Shown here in pieces: positions 59,660 through 64,000 of a stretch of 64,000 bases of DNA; positions within the stretch are counted from its first letter, which is position 1, and each line of letters begins with the position of its first letter. The position numbers and the translations under genes were made by a program. A model generated the notes under the pieces. That model saw nothing but the letters and a program-made list of their open reading frames with translations. It was not told the DNA's origin and searched no databases. Source of the DNA: an uncultured Verrucomicrobiae bacterium. Its GTDB lineage: Bacteria > Verrucomicrobiota > Verrucomicrobiia > Chthoniobacterales > UBA10450. The DNA lies in assembly GCA_963801815.1 (NCBI GenBank), contig CAWDGJ010000003.1, positions 352,001 to 416,000 of the forward strand. Direction: 5' to 3'.

Positions 59660-60271
59660 TTGCACTCGCTGTTAAATAGTCAGGTATTGGTGCTGAACCG
59701 TCTCTGGCAGGCGGTCAACATCTGCTCGGCCCGGCGCGCGTTCTCGCTGGTCTACGCCGGTCACGCCCACATTGTCTCCTCGGATGACGCGAATAATTTC
59801 CTGACCCACGATTTTGACAGCTGGCGCGATTTTTCAACCGACGCGCCCGATCACGAGCTCGTTCAGACCATTTCGTGGAAGATCCGGGTGCCGCGTGTGA
59901 TTGTCCTGTTGTTCTTCGATCGTCTCCCAAAGAAGGAAGTGAAGTTTACCCGTCACAACGTGTTCGAGCGGGACAAAAACACCTGCCAGTACTGCGGTAA
60001 AACTTTTGATCGTAATGACTTGAACCTGGATCACGTGGTACCACGCGATCGTGGTGGAATGACCACATGGGAGAACGTGGTTTGCTCGTGCATTCCGTGT
60101 AACACGCTCAAGGGCAATCGCCTTCCGCAGGAAGCGCAGATGATGCTGATTCGAAAGCCAAAGCGGCCGAAGTGGCGACCATTCCTGCACGTTACGTTCA
60201 ACGCGCCGCAGCATGAAAGCTGGCGGCATTTTGTGGATCTCGCTTACTGGAACGTCGAGCTGAGCGATTAG
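59660..60271 (+). CDS. HNH endonuclease family protein
   Basis: VLVLN, RD..CQYCG, LDHVVP..RGG..WENVVCSC..CN..KGN. Confidence 0.93.
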   Translation: MHSLLNSQVLVLNRLWQAVNICSARRAFSLVYAGHAHIVSSDDANNFLTHDFDSWRDFSTDAPDHELVQTISWKIRVPRVIVLLFFDRLPKKEVKFTRHNVFERDKNTCQYCGKTFDRNDLNLDHVVPRDRGGMTTWENVVCSCIPCNTLKGNRLPQEAQMMLIRKPKRPKWRPFLHVTFNAPQHESWRHFVDLAYWNVELSD

Positions 60272-60368
60272 TTCGGATTTTCTTAATAAGGAAAGCAGGA
60301 ACGCAGGAATTCTGGAACGGTTTCTTTTCTTTTTCCTAATTCATCCGCGGTATCCGCGTAACTAGTGG

Positions 60369-61865
60369 TTAATGATTGAATCCCGATCTTAGCGCGACAC
60401 TTTCGCGTCCAGATTTAATCGCGCGCAGAATCGGTTGTGGGTAAACGCCGAGCACGATCGTTGCGATCATCAGCGCGATCATCACGGCGCGCGATAACGG
60501 GCTCACTGAGATTGCTTCGCTTTTCGCGCTTGGTTGCCCGCGTGCAACGCTGGGCGAAGCATTGCGGGCAGGCCAATACATCGCGCGGACGACCTTCAAG
60601 TAATAATAAAATCCGCACGCCACAGTCACGATTCCCACCGCAACGAGCGCGAATTGTTTTTGGGCAATCGCCGAAACGAAAATGAAAAATTTACCAAAGA
60701 AACCAACAGTGAATGGCAAGCCGGCAAGCGACGCCATGGCAATGAGCATGGCGAAGGCGAGAAACGGCGCTCGTTTTGCGAGTCCATCGAAACTGGAGAT
60801 GTTGTCCCCGGCTTTTTCGGAAACGAGAATCATGACCGCGAAACTCAAGAGGGTCATTATCAGGTAAGCCACCAGATAAAAAATCAGGGCTGAGCCATCG
60901 AAACAGGCGACAGCGATCAGCAAGTAACCTGCATGCGCGATGCTGGAGTAACCCAGCAATCGTTTGAGATTGTTTTGTGGAAGCGCGGCGAGGTTTCCGT
61001 AGCCGACGGTAAGCAACGCCAGCAAAACGACAAGCCGCTGCATGTTAGGCAACATCAGGAACGGTTGTAGAACACGGATAAGCACAACAAATCCCGCCGC
61101 TTTCGATCCCACTGAGAGAAATGCAGTCACCGGTGTTGGAGCTCCTTGATAAACGTCCGGCACCCAGATTTGAAACGGCACCGCCGCGATCTTGAAACCG
61201 AGGCCGACGATGATCAGAACCGCGCCAAAGGTTGCTGCAGAAGTGTTGATATTGCCGCCAGAAAACGCGGACGTAATGCGTTCCAGATTCGTCTCTCCGG
61301 TTGCGCCGAAAATCCAGGTGATTCCGTAAACAAGAAACGCCGCTGAGACGCCGCCAAGTATGAGGTATTTTACGCCGGCTTCGAGCGCGATGGGATTTCT
61401 CCGGGTGAAGCTAACGAGGACGAAGAACGAAATTGTGACCAGCTCGAGCGAAATGAAAATGAAAATAAAATCGACCGCAGACACCAGATACATCAAGCCA
61501 GCGCAGGTCAGCAGCGGCAGGGAGAAAAACTCGCCGAGATTCGAGCCCGCACGATCGATCGAGCTGCGGACGACCGGTGCGTAATCGATCATCATGACGA
61601 GCACGAGGATCGTCGTCACCAGCTCGAATCGTTTGAAGAAGATCGCCAGCGCGTCATCGCTATAAAAATTCCAGAAGGCACTCGTCGCTTGAGATGCTGA
61701 TTCGGGCGACACAAAGAAACTGGCGAAGAAGACCACGCTCAGGCCGATGATTCCGGCGTAGGCGAAACATTTTCGGTCGATCTTCGAAAGAAACGTTTCC
61801 CCAATCAGGATCGTCATCCCGAGAACCAGCACCGCGATTTCAAGATATGGCGCGTGAAGCTCCAT
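60369..61865 (-). CDS. nuoN: NADH-quinone oxidoreductase subunit N
   Basis: EAGVKYLILG, FKIAAVPFQIWVPDVYQGAPTP, KRLLGYSSIAHAGY; ATG at 61865. Confidence 0.93.
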   Translation of the reverse strand: MELHAPYLEIAVLVLGMTILIGETFLSKIDRKCFAYAGIIGLSVVFFASFFVSPESASQATSAFWNFYSDDALAIFFKRFELVTTILVLVMMIDYAPVVRSSIDRAGSNLGEFFSLPLLTCAGLMYLVSAVDFIFIFISLELVTISFFVLVSFTRRNPIALEAGVKYLILGGVSAAFLVYGITWIFGATGETNLERITSAFSGGNINTSAATFGAVLIIVGLGFKIAAVPFQIWVPDVYQGAPTPVTAFLSVGSKAAGFVVLIRVLQPFLMLPNMQRLVVLLALLTVGYGNLAALPQNNLKRLLGYSSIAHAGYLLIAVACFDGSALIFYLVAYLIMTLLSFAVMILVSEKAGDNISSFDGLAKRAPFLAFAMLIAMASLAGLPFTVGFFGKFFIFVSAIAQKQFALVAVGIVTVACGFYYYLKVVRAMYWPARNASPSVARGQPSAKSEAISVSPLSRAVMIALMIATIVLGVYPQPILRAIKSGRESVALRSGFNH

Positions 61866-63343
61866 CACTTGTTCGCAGCGAAATACGTTCGAATCGCGGG
61901 CGTAATAATGTTCACAACCGTTTGCGGAAAAAATCCGACGCTGATCAGGCCCGCGATCAGGATCGCGACTGGAATTCGGAGGCCGCGGCCAAGATCGACT
62001 AGTTTGATCCAGCGTTCGGGCATTGTCCCCATGAACGTCGCGCGATAAGCGCGTAGCATGTAAACCGTGGAAATCACCACGCCCCACAGGGCGAGCACAG
62101 TCGCAACCTGGAAAAGATGAAAGCGCTGCATTTCCCAACCGTGCCGAAAGGCGCCGAAGAAAATCATGATTTCCGATGCGAAGTTCGCGAAACCTGGAAG
62201 ACCGATCGCCGCGAACGCTCCAAATCCAAACGCCAAACCTGCGAACGGCATCACTTTTGCCAGCCCGCCGAGATCATCGAATGACAGCGTCCCGGTCCGT
62301 TCGCGAATTTGACCTGCGATGGCAAAGAGAAGCGCGATCGACAATCCGTGGGCGAAAATGAGCGTGGCCGCGCCCGTAGTTCCGACTGCGTTGGCGCTGG
62401 CGATGCCGAGGAAAATATAACCCATGTGCATTACGCTGGAGTAACCGAGCATCCAATCGAGTTGCTTCTGAGCGATAGTGACGAGTCCGATGTAAATGAT
62501 ATTGCCGAGCAACAGGATCACGAGCAGATGCGTCCAATAGTGCGCGCCATCGGGTAACATTGGAATTGCCAACCGAAGCAGGCCGTAAAGGCCGAACTTC
62601 TTCAGAACACCGGCGTGAAGCATCGCCGCCGGCGCTGGCGCGGATGCGTAAGCTTCCGGTGCCCAGGAATGAAATGGAAATAGGGAGATGAGAATCCCGA
62701 AACCGATGAGCAGTAAGAGATAAATGTGGCGTTGAGTTTCATCAGCAATTCCGTGCCTGGCGATCACCGATTGGATTTCACGAAAATCAAAGCTGCGGCC
62801 GGCAGCTGGCAGGCTTTGATAAAGGAGAATCAGCCCGATCAGCAAAATAAAACTGCCCACCGTGAGATAGATTGTGATTTTCCATGCGGCGCGATTGCGA
62901 TTCCCGCTTCCCCAGATTCCGATTAGCAGAAATGTCGGAATGAGCGCCAGTTCGTGAAAAGCGTAAAAGAAAAATAAATCGATGGACGCGAAGGCTCCAA
63001 TCGCGCCGCCGGATATGAAAAGAAGACAGGCGTAGAACGCGTTCTCGTAGTTGTCGATCGTGCCGGTGAACCAGATCGCCGCCGCAGTTACGACAGTTGC
63101 GAGTAAAAGCATCAGTAAATTCAAACCGTCGACGCCGAACGCGAAATGAATTCCCCAGTCACTCGAAACAACGGTGGAGCTGATAAATTGAAATCCGACG
63201 ACTGAACGGTCGAACTCAGCGAAGAGAACAACCGCCACAATCAAATTTAGAATCGCGGCGACCAGTGCGGTGAATCGGGCGGGCGCGCCGACAATGATCA
63301 AAATTGCAGCGAGAAGCGGACAGAGGACGAGGAAGAGAAGCAT
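61865..63343 (-). CDS. nuoM: NADH-quinone oxidoreductase subunit M
   Basis: GVDGL, ELALIP, FPFHSWAPEAY, LKKFGLYG, YSSVMHMG, GLPGFANFASE. Confidence 0.93.
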   Translation of the reverse strand: MLLFLVLCPLLAAILIIVGAPARFTALVAAILNLIVAVVLFAEFDRSVVGFQFISSTVVSSDWGIHFAFGVDGLNLLMLLLATVVTAAAIWFTGTIDNYENAFYACLLFISGGAIGAFASIDLFFFYAFHELALIPTFLLIGIWGSGNRNRAAWKITIYLTVGSFILLIGLILLYQSLPAAGRSFDFREIQSVIARHGIADETQRHIYLLLLIGFGILISLFPFHSWAPEAYASAPAPAAMLHAGVLKKFGLYGLLRLAIPMLPDGAHYWTHLLVILLLGNIIYIGLVTIAQKQLDWMLGYSSVMHMGYIFLGIASANAVGTTGAATLIFAHGLSIALLFAIAGQIRERTGTLSFDDLGGLAKVMPFAGLAFGFGAFAAIGLPGFANFASEIMIFFGAFRHGWEMQRFHLFQVATVLALWGVVISTVYMLRAYRATFMGTMPERWIKLVDLGRGLRIPVAILIAGLISVGFFPQTVVNIITPAIRTYFAANK

Positions 63344-64000
63344 CAGCGAAAAATGGTGAAGTAAATGACAACGACGATTCCCAATCCGAAGAGAAACGCA
63401 TAGGCCTGGAGGTTTCCGACCTGAAACAATCGTAGCAACGAACCGAATCCAAACGTGGCATCGCCAGTGCCGCGAATCGCACCGGCGTCGATGATCCAGC
63501 GGTCAATAAACGCTGCGACGCGTGCCAAAAATTCCTGAGTGATCCCAATCAGCCATTGATAAAATTCATCGATGTAAAAACGGTGTCGGATAAGATCGAT
63601 ATGCAACGGATCGTGTTCACGGTTGCGATAAAGGGAGATCGCGATTCCGACGCCGCAGACCAACGCGATCAGCGCGAACACGGGAACGGCCAGGAGAGTT
63701 TCCTTTTCGCGCGGAACGACCAGGAAATTCTGGGCGAAGATCTGCCATCCTCCAATCAAGGCGAGAACGGCGAGAATAATCAGCGGGCCAGTCATTACCG
63801 GCGGCGATTCGCTGCCATTGCGGGCGAGATCGGTTCGTGATTTTCCGAAAAACACCACGACGACGGCGCGCGAAACATAAAAAGCAGTCAGAAAGGCCGT
63901 AAATATCCCGAGCGCGAAAATCGGCAAGTTACGTTGGTAGGCGAGGGCGAGGATTGCGTCTTTGCTGGAAAATCCACTGAATGGCGGACAGCCGACTAAC
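63343..64000 (-). CDS. nuoL: NADH-quinone oxidoreductase subunit L (3' part; runs off window)
   Basis: GFSSKDAIL, TAFLTAFY, ESPPVMTGPL, FYIDE.Y, Q.GNLQAYA; upstream of nuoM. Confidence 0.9.
   Translation of the reverse strand, partial: LVGCPPFSGFSSKDAILALAYQRNLPIFALGIFTAFLTAFYVSRAVVVVFFGKSRTDLARNGSESPPVMTGPLIILAVLALIGGWQIFAQNFLVVPREKETLLAVPVFALIALVCGVGIAISLYRNREHDPLHIDLIRHRFYIDEFYQWLIGITQEFLARVAAFIDRWIIDAGAIRGTGDATFGFGSLLRLFQVGNLQAYAFLFGLGIVVVIYFTIFR

Overview
Bacterial chromosomal window. The gene repertoire (serA, tilS-gltX-aroE, proC, nadA, infA, paired pilT, nuoL/M/N, DUF1800-DUF1501, cyclase-TolB-TPR protein, TIGR04073-like protein) suggests a soil Verrucomicrobiota (Chthoniobacterales-like) genome; this is inference. 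It has two tRNAs (Ala-CGC, Arg-CCT) and no rRNA, intact transposase, integrase or CRISPR-cas. The most unusual locus is 1-8619. On the minus strand, a FabF-like ketosynthase with a non-canonical active site (Cys/Tyr/Asn instead of Cys/His/His) is translationally coupled to a multi-TM GAF-PAS histidine kinase and an atypical receiver protein. On the plus strand are a receiver-kinase hybrid, a compact stand-alone LanB/PEARL-like enzyme with no visible precursor peptide, and ParA. The two arms share an intergenic region with two outward-facing sigma54-type motifs. Other unexplained structure: a helically phased 6x ACAGTT array and a long hairpin upstream of a GntR-like gene; two tandem ~144-bp units that repeat the 3' end of tRNA-Arg; an internally deleted four-helix-bundle-like gene between inverted hexamer repeats, plus several apparently empty inverted short-repeat cassettes; and several REP-like families. 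Frameshifts cluster in four patches and are probably sequencing or assembly errors.
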